Below, piece by piece: positions 13,531 through 26,300 of a stretch of DNA of 64,000 nucleotides. Within the stretch, counting starts at the first letter, position 1; every line of letters starts with the position of its first letter. The stretch lies in NCBI GenBank assembly GCA_038087875.1, contig CM076001.1:436001-500000 (forward strand), given 5' to 3'. The translations under genes and the position numbers were made by a program. This stretch comes from Malacoraja senta (taxonomy: Eukaryota). The notes beneath the pieces are model-generated. The model made no database searches, was not told the origin of the DNA, and worked only from the letters and a program-made list of their open reading frames with translations.

Positions 13531-14327
13531 CACATTAGATCTGTCTACATGAGAACCAGACCCTCTTACCTCCTTACCACCTGGCATTCTTCCCCGGCCT
13601 TGAGCTGGATATCTCACCTCCGTGGCGGTGCTACAGCCGAACGCCAACTGCGCTGCATCGTAGCTGGACTAGTCCCTTGCCCGGACCAGTCTGCTCCCTT
13701 ATAGGGATACTTCCGCTTTGGTGATTATGTGGCTGCCGTCTTAGCCTCCTCCTCCAGCTCCTTCACCTGCTGTGCGAAATCCTCGCCAAACAGCTGTGCC
13801 GGTTGCACTGTGCCAGGCTGGCAGAGTGAAGCATATTTAGCATTGATGGTTGGTCTAATCGCATCTTGCGGAGGCAGTTGATCTCAAAGTGGGCACTCCA
13901 CAATAGCGCCTTTTGTTGTAATTTGTCATGGCCTCTCCATCCACCATCCTGGCAAAGCTCGTTATACCAGATGCCAGCAACTTTAAAAATATGCTGGAGC
14001 TTCACATGCTCCTGGGCTTTCATTAGTATGCCCATCTTGCCCCAATTCTTCCTGTTCCCAACAGGAACTTTTAACAGTCCACAGTTGATTGGGGCTTCAT
14101 ACTTTGTTACTGTCTCATCCATTGTCAGCTCCTGTAGCTGATGTGAGACTTGGTAATTTATGCTGGTGGCAAGTTCCTCACCCAGAGGCTCACCAGCGTC
14201 CGACGACATGGCAAACCATGCTGCACACGGTGTCAGCTCTGACAGCTGCCTGCCCTCCCTTTGGAAGTCGTCGGACTCAGGGTCAGAGCGTATCTGCCCT
14301 TCTGCACTCACCTCTTGCAAAGAGGGT

Positions 14328-14572
14328 GCTTTGAAGCAGGCCTCTACTAGGCACTGCCAGCGGAGCCGTCCCCACGGCCTCCCGCCTGCACAACTCCCCC
14401 TGGAGTATGGCTTTATGAAGCAGACCTCTCCTAGGCACTGCCAGCGGAGCCTTCCCTAAGGCTTCCCGCCTGCACTACTCCTCCTGGAGTGTGGCTTTGT
14501 GAAGCAGACCTCTCCTAGGCACTGCCAGCGGAGCCTTCTCTGTGGCTTCCCTCCTGCATTACTCCCCTGGAG
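14328..14572. repeat. Three 84-bp tandem repeats in the DIRS gag region
   Basis: aagcag(g/a)cctct(a/c)ctaggcactgccagcggagcc recurs at 14334, 14418 and 14502. Confidence 0.85.
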
Positions 14573-16334
14573 CGTCTCTGTGGAGCAGCCCCTGTATGAG
14601 CTGCTCCTTTTGGATAACCGCTGGGGAACGGTATCCTGTCCCCGACGGGACTCTCGTGGCCCGACTCTGCGGAGTCTATAGCCCTTACTGACTTGGCTTA
14701 TGCCGACCGCCCGACTGGCCTTGGCTGTGTACCCGGCTGGGCACTTTGCCAAGTCTGTCGCCGCACCGCTACCGGCTTGCGACTCCCCCGAGGTGACAGG
14801 CTGCCTTTCAGAGACTGCGTCCCGCAGCTCTCTCTCTCCTTGTCGGCAGCAGCCTGCACCTTTTCCTTGTTCCTGTATGTGGGGGAAAAAACACACAGAA
14901 ACACTTTCTTTACTTTTCTCTAACTCCTCCAAAGTCTCCCCGACTTTGGTGGAGCTGTAATTACTCACCTGCAGCAGGAGGTCCGTGCTCCTGCTGCCGT
15001 TGTCGCCAATGCGTCAGACGTAATGACGCGCATGCGCCCTGACGGGGTTCTTCACGTAGTCACTCACGTGACTCCGAAGTAAAATTAACACTTCAGTCCG
15101 TCTGACCCAGGGATCTGACGAAGGATCCTCATCCTGGAACATTGCCGCTTCTTGCTTTCTCACAGATGCTGCCTGAGATGGTGAGTGTTTCTAGCATTTT
15201 CTGGTTTTGTTTCCGTTTTCCAGCATCTGCAGTTTTCTTTTAGAGAGATTAGAGATTCCTTTATTTGTCATTCAGACCTTTTGAATTCCACGGCATGATA
15301 AAAAAGCCCCAAAGGCAGATAAAATGTTTCCTTTTTGCCCCCACCTTCTTCATATCCTGTGCAATAATTCACCATGACTAACAGTTTTTTGTAAAGTTAC
15401 AGAGAGCTGTGAAGGTTCACTGTAATAATAGCACTTCATCAGGTATAGAATGTGCAGATGAGTACTTCCAGCAAGGCCTTTACACATGTACTTAGCACTA
15501 CCGGGGAAACCACCAATCAGACAAGAGCGATTTGCCAGATGTTGGTGAATCACCTCCATCTTAAGATCGAGGCCAGAGTGTGGGTTTCAGGAATTCTGAC
15601 ACATTAAGAGAAGAAAGGAACTAGGCAAATAGTTTTCGGTTCTGTTCAGCATCTCTGTCTCCTCTGAGAAACTGCTTATAGCCGACATGCTTTCAAATAC
15701 AAATGAACTAGATGTCAAAAAGTGAATTCTATCTCAAAATAAATAGAGTTATTTTAGTAATAAAGCCGACTGTATCAATAACGTTGTCCTTTCAGATGAT
15801 TATTGCAACAATGTGCCCTTGGAATTTTTTTTAGGAAGGAAATTATCCCGAGGAACTAATAGACTATGATATACAAACATTTCAAAGAGAGAGATAAGGT
15901 TATTTTGATAAAATCAATATGCTTGAAAATATTACTTTTAGCAATGCAGTACACAAATGTATTAAAACTTATTTTGTTTTAATTCTGATAAACAATGAGG
16001 CTGCTGAATTGGATGCGTGATAAGTTAGCAACTGCTGTAAATATTCCACTTCTGAAATTCAATGAAGCATAATATTCCTGCCTGTATAAGGATATTGCAT
16101 CAAGGATGGAAGCATCAGAACGCAAGGCGATTAAGACGTGATACCATAAAAAGATGGTGTTTGAGAATTGTTACTGAGGGTCAGTAACTGTGTGACATGC
16201 AATTGGCAAAAAGGAATGAAATCTCTGGAGTAACAAAATTGGAGCTATCTAAATTGAATGAACAAATAGTCAAAAATATTAACAGACAAATATTAGAGAG
16301 CTAATTAACTGCAGCAGCTCATCATAAATGGTAA

Positions 16335-17915
16335 ATCAATAGACAATAGGTGCAGTAGGCCAATCGGCCCTTCGAGCCAGCACTGCCATTCAATGTGATC
16401 ATGGCTGATCGTCCATAATCAGTACCCCGTTCCTGCCTTCTCCCAGTATCCCCTGACTCCGCTATCTTTAAGAGCCCTATCTAGTTCCCTCTTGAAAGTA
16501 TCCAGAGAACTGGCCTCCACCACCCTCCGAGGCAGAGAATTCCACAGACTCACAACTCTCTGTGAGAAAAAGTGGTTTCTCATCTCCGTTCTAAATGGCT
16601 TACCCCTTATTCTTATCTGTGGCCCCTGGTTCTGGACTCCCCCAACATCGGGAACATGTTTCCTGCCTCTAGCGTGTCCAAACCCTTAATAATCTTATAT
16701 GTTTCAATAAGATTCCCTTTCATCCTTCTAAATTCCAGAGTATACAAGCCCAGCCGCTCCATTCTTCCATCATATGACATTCCCGCTATCCCGGGAATTA
16801 ACCTTGTGAGCCTACGCTGCACACCTTCAAATAGCAAGAAAGTCCTTCCTCAAATTTGGAGACCAAAACTGCACACAATACTCCAGGTTTGGTCTCACTA
16901 GAGCCCTGTATAACTGCAGAAGGACCTCTTTGCTCCTATACTCAACTACTCTTGTTATGAAGGCCAACATGCCATTTGCTTTCTTCACTGCCTGCTGTAC
17001 CTGCATGCTTACTTTCATTGACTGATGAACAAGGACACCCAGATCCCGTTGTACTTCCCTTTTTCCCAACTTGACACCATTTAGATAATAATCTGCCTTC
17101 CAGTTTTTGCTACCAAAGTGGATAACCTCACATTCATCCACATTAAACTGCATCTGCCATGCATCAGCCTACTCACCCAACCTGTCCAAGTCACCCTGCA
17201 TTCTTATAGCATCCTCCTCACAGTTCGCGCTACCACACAGCTTTGTGTCATCTGCAAATTTGCTAATGTTACTTTTAATCCCTTCATCTAAATCATTGAT
17301 GTAAATTGTAAATAGCTGCGGTCCCAGCACCGAGCCTTGCGGTACCCCACTAGTCACTGCCTCCCATTCTGAAAGGGACCCGTTAATCCCTACTCTTTGT
17401 TTCCTGACTGCCAACCAATATTCTATCCATGTCAGCACTCTACCTCCAATACCATGTGCCCTCATTTTGCCCACTAATCTCCTATGTGGGACCTTATCAA
17501 ATGCTTTCTGAAAGTCCAGGTACACTACATCAACTGTCCATTTCCCTAGTTACATCCTCAAAAAATTCCAGAAGATTAGTCAAGCATGACTTCCCCTTTG
17601 TAAATCCATGCTGACTCGGACCAATCCTGTTACTGCTATCCAGCCCTGTACAACTACAGTAGGACCTCCTAGCTCCTAAACTCAAATCCTCTCGCAATGA
17701 AGGCCAACATGGCATTAGCTTTCTTCACTGCAAGCTGTACCTGCATGCTTACTTTCAGTGACTGATGTACTAGCACACCCAGGTGTCGTTGCACCTCCCC
17801 TTCTACTAATCTGACACCATTCAGATAATAATCTGCCTTCCTGTTTTTGCCACCAAAGTGGATAACCTCACATTTATCCACATTTTACTGCATCTACCAC
17901 GCATCTGCCCACTCA
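16335..17915 (-). mobile_element. CR1 LINE RT/3' end, composite of overlapping pieces
   Basis: [48 protein letters not shown]; (ctattgt)n tail; 17642-17915 repeats about 16903-17175. Confidence 0.93.
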
Positions 17916-18507
17916 CTGGAGCGAGGAAAGAAATACAAATATTTCCCGTGACTTATGTTGTGAACATAAAGGTATTGATGATTCTGATGAGGAAATCGAT
18001 ATAGACAAAATACCCTTTGCAGCGTTGACAATAACAAGTCGACATGCAATCAAATTTCAAAAATAGATGGAAGAAGAAAAAATAAAAGTTGCCAGTCGAA
18101 AGGAGCATTAGATAAATAACTAATTATTGGGAAAATAGTGGAGTGTGCATACATGGACTAAGTAAATGGCAGTTGGTGTATGAACAACCTTTTTGCCTTA
18201 ACTTGGCGACATTCCAGTTGCATAGGAAATAAAATCATTTTCCACAAAGCCTTTGATGAAGACTACTTTTCAACTCAATTCAATAGCATTTGGGATTTAG
18301 TCTATCATTTCCCTGATATCCTTCCCTGAACCATTGCGCATTTATACAGACTGATCAGTCACCAAGCTTTCAGCAGAGGTTCAGCAGGATCTCCACACAG
18401 GGGAACAGGTGTACAGTGATTATGTTAATGGAGTAGACCCCAAAAGCCTGCAAACATGAGTTGGAATCCCATCACAGTTCCCAGGGAAATTAAACTTAAT
18501 AAAGATA

Positions 18508-18852
18508 TTTCACTTAGGCAGCTTACAGCCCAGTGGTATGAATATTGATTTCTCTAACTTCAAGTAACCCCTGCATTCACTTTCTCTCTCCATCCTCCAC
18601 CCAAGGCGCACCAGCTTCTCGTTCTCACCTAACACACAGCAAACAAAGGCCTGTTTCCTTTATCATCATTACTGTTTTGCATATCTTTCATTCATTTGTT
18701 CCATATCTGTCTATATAGTATGATCTATATCTCTCATTTCCATTTCCCCTGACTCCAGTCGGTAGAAGAATCTCGACCCGAAACGTCACCCATTCCTTCT
18801 CTCCAGAGATGCTGCCTGTCCCTCTGAGTTACTCCAACATTTTGTGTCTATC
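18508..18852 (+). mobile_element. PLE 3' fragment with degenerate hammerhead motif
   Basis: LGSLQPSGMNIDF ORF end; tctcgacccgaaacgtcacc; flanking taaagata at 18500-18507 and 18853-18860. Confidence 0.8.
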
Positions 18853-19756
18853 TAAAGATAGAGCTGGTGCAAGTAATAGTGACTATAAAATCAGATGATT
18901 GCTGTATAAACGCACTGGGTCCAGGGAAGGATATCTGCCACCCATTCCTGGCCCGGGCTGGCCTGTTTGGGGATAGTTCAGTTCAGTTTTTTATCACATG
19001 TACTGAAGTACAGTGAAAAACGTTTGTTGCGTGCTAACCAGTCAGCATAAAGACAAGACATAATTATAATCAAGCCATTTACAATGTATAGATATATGAT
19101 AAGGGAATAACATTTAGTGCGAGGTTAAGCCAGCAAAGGATAGTCTGAGAGTCACCAATGAGGTAGATAGTAGTTCAGCATTGCTCTCTGGTTGTGATAG
19201 GATGATTCAGTTGCCTGATAACTGAGAAGAAACTTGTGGCCACAGACTGCTCGATGTGATTAACTCATAACTGCTCAAAGACAATAAATATTGCCACTGA
19301 CATCCATATCCCATGAAAAAAGAAACCATTAAATAAATAAACAAGGTGATCGCTCATCGTTTCTCTCGATGTTAAAGCAATTAATTAGAAATCCCTCGCC
19401 CATTCCAAAAAAAACTTCCCATTTTCTCCTGTTTAGTGAGCCTGGCACTCGTGCTTTTCTTCCTTGGAAATAATATTATAAATCGAAGCATGAATACAAA
19501 ATGTGTAAACAATGCATTAGATATTGAGAAATCATTTAAAAATCATCATGAAAAGTAATGGTACTGAAAGAAATCTTCCCCAATGGATCTGTCAGTTCAC
19601 TGGAACCAAATACTACAAGAACATTCAAAAAGCGACTAATCTTTAATATCATCCATGTTCTATCTAAAATATTTAATTGACATTAATCCTTAGAAACTTA
19701 TCATTTTATGCTATGTGTAGATACATCTGCTCTTATTATATATAATAATATTATAA

Positions 19757-20452
19757 TTTATACTATTACTAAAAGTCTCATCTTGAACACTTCCTGTCTA
19801 TGTTGTAAATACATTTTAGAAAAAATGCTACCCTATATCGCTATGATTTTTTTGCCATCTTACTCACCATCCTCCTCTCCTCCAACCACCCCAAGGTTTT
19901 TTCCGATCGGTGAAATAATAAAAAATTATGAATGTTGAAAAAATCGTGAGATCAGCAGATTGGTCTTCTTGCCTGTCAGTCACCATGATGAAGGTAACGC
20001 CCCTTCCGGGGTGCAGAAGAATAAAGCCCAGGAGGCCGGACATGGGTCAGTCACCTCAGAAGACCGTGAGTGAGAGTTGAGTCCAGAACTGAGTCTACGC
20101 TTTGAGTGAATTGAACTGTGAGTCTGCACTGTGCATGAAGTGAATGGTTGGTCTGCACTGTGCTGCTTGAACTGAATTGAAGGGTTGGTCTGCACTGTGC
20201 TGCTTGAACTGAATGTCACGCCCATACCGGAAGTCCCGCTCACTGCGGAAGTCCCGCTCAGGGGAGAGGCTGCGCTCAACCGCGTGAGTAGATTCAAGAG
20301 AGTTTTACTGTCATATATATGGAGTGTGTGATTGTGTGTTGGATGGTGTGAGTGTGTGTGAGAGAGATGGTGTGTGTGTGTGTGAGATGGAGGTTGTGTG
20401 TGTGAGATGGAAGGTGTGTATGTGAGTGTGTGAGATGGAGTGTGTGTGACGG

Positions 20453-20498
<46 letters not shown>

Positions 20499-21546
20499 CC
20501 CACCAGCCGTGAGTGAGTCAACTGCCAGCCCACCAGCAGTGAGTGAGTCAACTGCCAGCGCACCAGCCGTGAGTCGGCTGCCAGCCCACCAGCCATGAGT
20601 GAGTCGGCTGGCAGCCCACCAGCCGTGAGTGACTGAGCTGCCAGCACAACAGGACTGAGTGACTGTGCTGCCAGCCCACCAGGCCTGAGCTGCCAGCCCA
20701 CCAGGCCTGAGTGACTGAGCTGCCAGCCCACCAGGCCTGAGTGACTGGGCTGCCATCCCACCAGGCCTGAGCTGCCAGCCCACCAGGCCTGAGTGACTGA
20801 GCTGCCAGCCCACAGTGACTGAGCTGCCAGCCCACCAGGCCTGAGTGATTGAGCTGCCAGCCCACAGTAACTGAGCTGCCAGCCCACCAGGCCTGAGTGC
20901 CTGAGCTGCCAGCCCACCAGGCCTGAGTGACTGAGCTGCCAGCCCACCAGGCCTGAGCTGCCAGCCCACCAGGCCTGAGTGACTGAGCTGCCAGCCCACC
21001 AGGCCTGAGTGACTGTGCTGCCATCTCACCAGGCCTGAGCTGCCAGCCCACCAGGCCTGAGTGACTGAGCTGCCAGCCCACAGTGACGGAGCTGCCAGCC
21101 CACCAGGCCTGAGTGACTGAGCCGCCAGCCCACAGTAACTGAGCTGCCAGCCCACCAGGCCTGAGTGACTGAGCTGCCAGCCCACCAGGCCTGAGTGACT
21201 GAGCTGCCAGCCCACAAGGCCTGAGTGACTGAGCTGCCAGCCCACCAGGCCTGAGATGCCAGCCCACCAGGCCTGAGTGACAGCTGCCAGCCCATCAGGC
21301 CTGAACTGCCAGCCCACCAGGCCCAAGTGACTGAGCTGCTAGCCCAAGAATCCATTTGGCCCACAATGTCCATACTATCCCTCTGGAAACCTGTCCCTTT
21401 TGCCCACAACACCCATACTAGCGCTCCAGAAAGCCCCCCCCCCCCACTGGCCACCAATATTGGAATTGGTGGAGAGGTGGAATATTGCGTTGGGGGACCA
21501 GCCCTCCCGTGTGAATATGGGACCCAACGGGTCCCACTTAGTCTAG
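19757..21546 (+). mobile_element. Non-autonomous Helitron
   Basis: 3' hairpin tgggacccaacgggtccca followed by cttagtCTAG|T; 5' end t(t)tatactattactaaaagtct shared with the copy at 61309-62645; no TSD. Confidence 0.85.
20496..21340. repeat. GC-rich minisatellite (about 21-30 bp units, gagtgactgagctgccagcccaccaggcct) preceded by a (GT)n tract
   Basis: Directly visible tandem array inside the Helitron. Confidence 0.95.
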
Positions 21547-21559
21547 TATTATATAATAT

Positions 21560-21840
21560 ATTAAGAATAAGGGGCAAGCCATTTAGAACGGAGATGAGGT
21601 AATACTTTTTTCACACTGAGAGTTGTGAGTCTATGGAATTCTCTGCCTCAGAGGGCAGTGGAGGCCAGTTCACTGGATGCTTTCAAGAGAGTTAGATAGA
21701 GCTCTTAAAGATAGCGGAGTCAGGGAATATTGGGGGAAGGCAGGAACGGGGTACTGATTGTGGATGATCAGCCATGATCACATTGAATGGCGGTGCTGGG
21801 CCGAATGGCCTAATCCTGCACCTATTTTCTATTGTCTATT
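21560..21840 (+). mobile_element. CR1 3' fragment
   Basis: LRIRGKPFRTEMR; ctattgtctatt tail. Confidence 0.85.
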
Positions 21841-22244
21841 ATTTTAGAAGCATTGAATCACAATGAAGCATATGAGAATATCTTGTGATTTCCTAGATAA
21901 TATTGTTAATATTCATTCTTAAGGAATTAATTTCCAATCCTAGTGTTCAGTAACCATATTCTGGCCAGTGGAACTACCTCTACTACTCATGGTAAGCTTG
22001 ATAACAATGGAACACTTTATCTCTCAGCCTATCTCTTCAAACTAGCATCTGCAGTTCCTTGCTGCACATTATATGTCAGAACTCTCCGGGAACCTCGGTA
22101 AATAATATCATCCCAGTTCCGCATCATTCAGCTTGCCTGCTATGTTACATTAGAACAATGGCCTCCAAACTAAATTAAACTTGAATGCAATTAATTATAT
22201 ACAAGTGAATTAGCCACTGAATGTAATATAAAGGAAACACTGTC

Positions 22245-23250
22245 CACACAGTCACTGGTGCAGATATCAAATTGGCCTTCCTAAGTGTGAACTTGCAGAA
22301 AGCAACTGGCCTAGATGGAGTTGTCAGCCATCTAGGCCACAGAAACTGTCCAGACCAGCTTGGCATGGACATCTTTAACCTCTCGCTATTCCATCACGAG
22401 GTTCCCACTTGCCATAAGACCGCCATCATGTAGGTGCCAAAGAAATGCAAGGGAGCGTACCTTAATGGCTACCATCAAGTGGCTTTGACAGTCACCATCA
22501 TGAAGTACTTTGAGAAGCTGGTTATGGTCTATGTTCCTCGTAGAAAGCCACGATCCATTGCAGTTAACCTAGCATCACAACATGTCCATGGTTGGCTCCA
22601 TCTCCCTGAACCTACATTCATCCCTGTAAATCCTAAATAACAAAGACACCTATGTCAATCTCTTATTCATTAACTAGAGGTCCTCCTTCAACACCACAAT
22701 CGCAACCAAATTCATCACCAAACTCCGGGACCTGTGGCACCTCCCTCTGCAATTGGGTCCTCGATTTCCTGACCCATAGAGAGCCATCAGTGATTCTGGT
22801 GACAAAACATTCTCCACAATAATTCATAACACCCATGCTCTGCAAGGATGTGTACTCAGCTCCTGACTATACTCCCTATACACTCAGCTCCTGACCATAC
22901 TCCCTATACACTCAGCTCCTTACTACCTATACACTCAGCTCCTTACTACCTATACAGTCAGCTCCTGACTATACTCCCTATACACTCAGCCAGTGGCGGA
23001 CTGGGTCTAAAAATATTGGTTGCCAGGAGACAAAGGGGGCCCACTTCATCAGGGGCCCACTTGCCATCGGGCAAGCTGACACCCTGGCCAGTCCACCACT
23101 GCACTCAGCTCCTGACTATACTCCCTATACACTCAGTTTCTGACAATACTCACGACTGTGCGGCAAAATGTAACCCTAACTCTATTTACATGTTTGCAGA
23201 TGAAACCACTGTAGTTGGCTGGGTCTCTAACAATAGTGAAACAGCAGAGA
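22245..23250 (+). mobile_element. Rex1-type RT fragment with an internal tandem expansion (22853-23135)
   Basis: KATGLDG, VALTVTIMKYFEKLV, CNWVLDFLT, MFADETTVVG. Confidence 0.75.
22991..23101. mobile_element. 111-bp hAT-type MITE
   Basis: TIR cagtggcggactgg / ccagtccaccactg; 8-bp TSD cactcagc at 22983-22990 and 23102-23109. Confidence 0.85.
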
Positions 23251-23735
23251 TAGAGGATCATAGTCATACAGCACTGACCCAGGCCCTTCGGCCCAACTTG
23301 CGCATTCCAATCCTCTACACTAGTCCCACCTGCCGCATGTGGCCTAAATCCCTCAAAACATTTCCTGTCCTTGTACCTGTCCAAATCCGTTACATGTTGT
23401 TATAGTACCTGTCTCAACAACTTCCTCTGGCAACTTGTTTCATATGTTCCCGTGTGAAAACGTTGCCTCTGAGGTTTCTATTAAATTTTCCCCCTCTCAC
23501 ATTAAACTTATATCCTCTTATTCTTGATTCCCCAACTGTGGGTAAAGACTCTGCATTCACCCTATAAGATCATCTCTCATTCTCCAAAACTCCAAGGAAC
23601 ACAGTCCTAGCCTTCCCACCATCGCTTGGGTCCTCAAATCCTGGCAACATCCTCGTAAATCTTCTCTGCACTCTTTCCAGCTTAACAACATCCTTCCTAT
23701 AGCAGGGCAATCAAAACTGAACACAATACAGTCAC
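23250..23735 (-). mobile_element. CR1 3' fragment, decayed
   Basis: LERVQRRFTRMLPG-like sequence and CR1 tail. Confidence 0.75.
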
Positions 23736-23911
23736 CCAAGCATTACATTCCTTAAACTGGTGTGTATGTCAGATTTTAACCAAGTTAGAATCACCTTAAA
23801 AGTAGGTAGAAACAAAGAACTGCAGATGTTGGTTAATACACAAAACAAACAAAGTGTTGGAGTAACTCAGCGGGTCAGGCAGCATCTCGATTCAGGTCGG
23901 GACCCTTCCGC

Positions 23912-24609
23912 AAGTGGTGGCGCTGTTGAACAGCTGCAGCTCGCCTGCAGTCCGTCTGTTTTTACTTTTTTGTTGTTTTCTTTTGTCCTGTTTTAGTAAA
24001 ATTTTAGTTTATTGGGTTGTGTATGTGTGGGGGGGGGGGTGAACCATGATTTTTGTCTCTTCCTTCGGGGGAATGTGACTTTTTCTTGTCGTATCCCCCT
24101 TCTCTGCCTCCGTCTGCGCTGAGGCCTAATGGCGGAGCTGGCGGCCTCCAACTGCGACCGACCTCGAGGCTCCGGAGGCAGAGCCAGGACTTACCAACGC
24201 GAGGCTGGCCGACTTCGGGGCTGCGGTGGCGTTCCGGCGGTGGCGACCAAAGACACTGGTGGCAACCTGAATCCGGGGCTCGGCCGCGGCTGGCCCAGTG
24301 GACGACGTCGTCGGGAGCTCGCAGGTCACAGGTGGGTGACCTGTTTATCTGGAGCTCCCGCAACTACAGCTGCGTCCGCTGGACTGGAGGGCGGCAGCTT
24401 CGGCAGCTTCGACCACCCCGGGCCGCGGAGTTTGAACCGGCCCGTCGCGGAGGTGCCTGGTGAACTCACTGTGGTGGATGTTAATTTGTGTTTATTGTGT
24501 GTTTTGTTATATATTATTATATGTATGACTGCAGGCAACGAAATTTCGTTCAGACCGAAAGATCTGAATGACAAATAAAGGAATCTAATCTAATCTAATC
24601 TAATCTAAT
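23912..24609 (+). mobile_element. Non-autonomous non-LTR element, GC-rich body, (TCTAA)n tail
   Basis: Splits the hammerhead motif of a PLE-derived element (gacccttc...ttcagact); 3' ttcagaccgaaagatctgaatgacaaataaa. Confidence 0.7.
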
Positions 24610-24794
24610 TCAGACTGATTGAGACTACTGAGTTACTCCAGCTCCTTATGTCGTTTCACCTTAAAACTAGGCGCCGATGCTGCTGGTCTGCACCAGCGAG
24701 CCCTCTTCACCGGCTGCTGTACTGTCCGATTGATGTGGCTGTTATTTTGGCTCATGTCGTAGCCCCTGGTCGACTGCACCTTCAGAAGGCCACC

Positions 24795-26300
24795 GTCTCT
24801 GTCAAGGCTAGTTTGGTCATCCCTTCCCACCAAAACCACCCCCTCCCCAGGTACTTTCTCCGGTAATACCAGGAGATGCAACACCTGTCCCTATACCTCC
24901 GCCCTCGACTCTGTCCAGAGAACCCGACAGACATATCAGGTGAGGCAGGGGTTCACTTGCACCTCCTCCAACCTCTTCTCCTGTACCCACAGTTCCAGGT
25001 GTATATATCGGCAAGACCAAACGCAGACTGAACCCCTTTGCGCAGTCCACTGTGGCCTACGCGAGCTCCTGAGTGCCAAACACTTTAACTCCCCTTCCCA
25101 TTCCCACACTGAATTTTCTGTCCTGGGCCTCCTCCACTCCCAGAGTGAGGCCCAATGAAAATTGGAGGAACAGCACCTCATATTTCACTTGGGCAGCTTA
25201 CAATCCAGCGGTATGAATATTGACTTCTCTAATTTCCTTGCATCCCCTCTCTCTCCATCCCTCCCATACCTAGTCATTGGACTAGTTTCTCTGTTGTCCT
25301 GCTGAGATTCACTGTCTGTATTACTCGTACCTTCCCAACAGCCAACAATGGACCATTGTGGGCTCCACCTTTCCTTGATCATCATTGGTGGCCTTGATCT
25401 GTCTTTTTGCATATCTTTTATACATTTTTTCAATCACAATCACAATACTTTATTAGCCGAGTATGTTTTGCAACATACGAGGAATTTTGTTTGCCAAGTC
25501 GGTCATACAAATAAAAAGAAACGGAACACACAAAACACATTTTAACATAAACATCCACCAAAGTGACTCCTCCACATCCCTCACCATGATGGAAGGCAAA
25601 AAAAGTTCAAATCTCTCTCCTTCATTGTTCTCCTGCAGTCAGGGGCCTCGAGCCCTCCGTTGACGGGACGATCTTGACTCCCGTAGCCGGCAGTCAGGCC
25701 CTCCGCATCAGGGCAATCAGTTCCTGAATCGGGGGGATGTCAGCTCCCCCGCGCTGGCGATCTTACCCCGGGTTGGGGCTGGTCGAACCTCTGTGTTGTT
25801 GGAGCTTCGCAACATCCACGGTCCCTACCGAGACTGCGAGCTCTCGATGTAAAGTCCGCAGGCAGAGCGATTCCAGGCAAGGATCGGCTCCAATGTTAAG
25901 TCCACGCTCCGCGGTAGGGCTCAAGGTCAATCCGAGGAGGCCTCCTGCTCCATCAATGGTAGGCCGCAGAGCAACCGGAGATGCGATCCGGAAGTCAATC
26001 CCATCTCCAGCAAGGTAAGAAACTGAAAAAAAAGTTTTCCCCACCCCCAACATAAACCAAACCGGAGAACATTTACACAAACTTCTAACACACACAAATT
26101 TTTTTAAAAATACGAAAAACAGACAGACTGTTGGCGGAGCTGCCAATCGTGCGGCACCTCTGGTGGTATGTACCTTTTCATAACTCTCCATCCCTCTCCC
26201 CTGACCTCTCAGTCTAACGAAGGGTCTTGGCCCGAAACGTCATCCATTCCTTTTCTTCACTAATAATGACCCGAAACGTCATCTATTCCTTTTCTTCCCT
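24795..26300 (+). mobile_element. PLE GIY-YIG/3' fragment interrupted at 25431-26165
   Basis: QGFTCTSSNL, YIGKTKR, HFNSPSHSH, LGSLQSSGMNIDF; degenerate hammerhead motif near 26214. Confidence 0.8.
25431..26165 (-). mobile_element. Non-autonomous non-LTR element, (ATTGTG)n tail
   Basis: Similar along its length to 34590-35330 in the opposite orientation. Confidence 0.75.

Larger units (their letters stand above)
10287..15085 (-). mobile_element. DIRS1-type tyrosine-recombinase retrotransposon, complete termini, decayed ORFs
   Basis: 35-bp perfect inverted repeat 10359-10393/15024-15058; ICR at 10516-10627 matching both termini; gag-RT-RNaseH-MT-YR order; AAT shared at both ends. Confidence 0.95.

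Noticed and set aside
19980..21577. Long ORFs (448, 239, 217, 183 aa)
   Set aside because: By-products of a stop-poor minisatellite and (GT)n tract inside a Helitron; open in several frames
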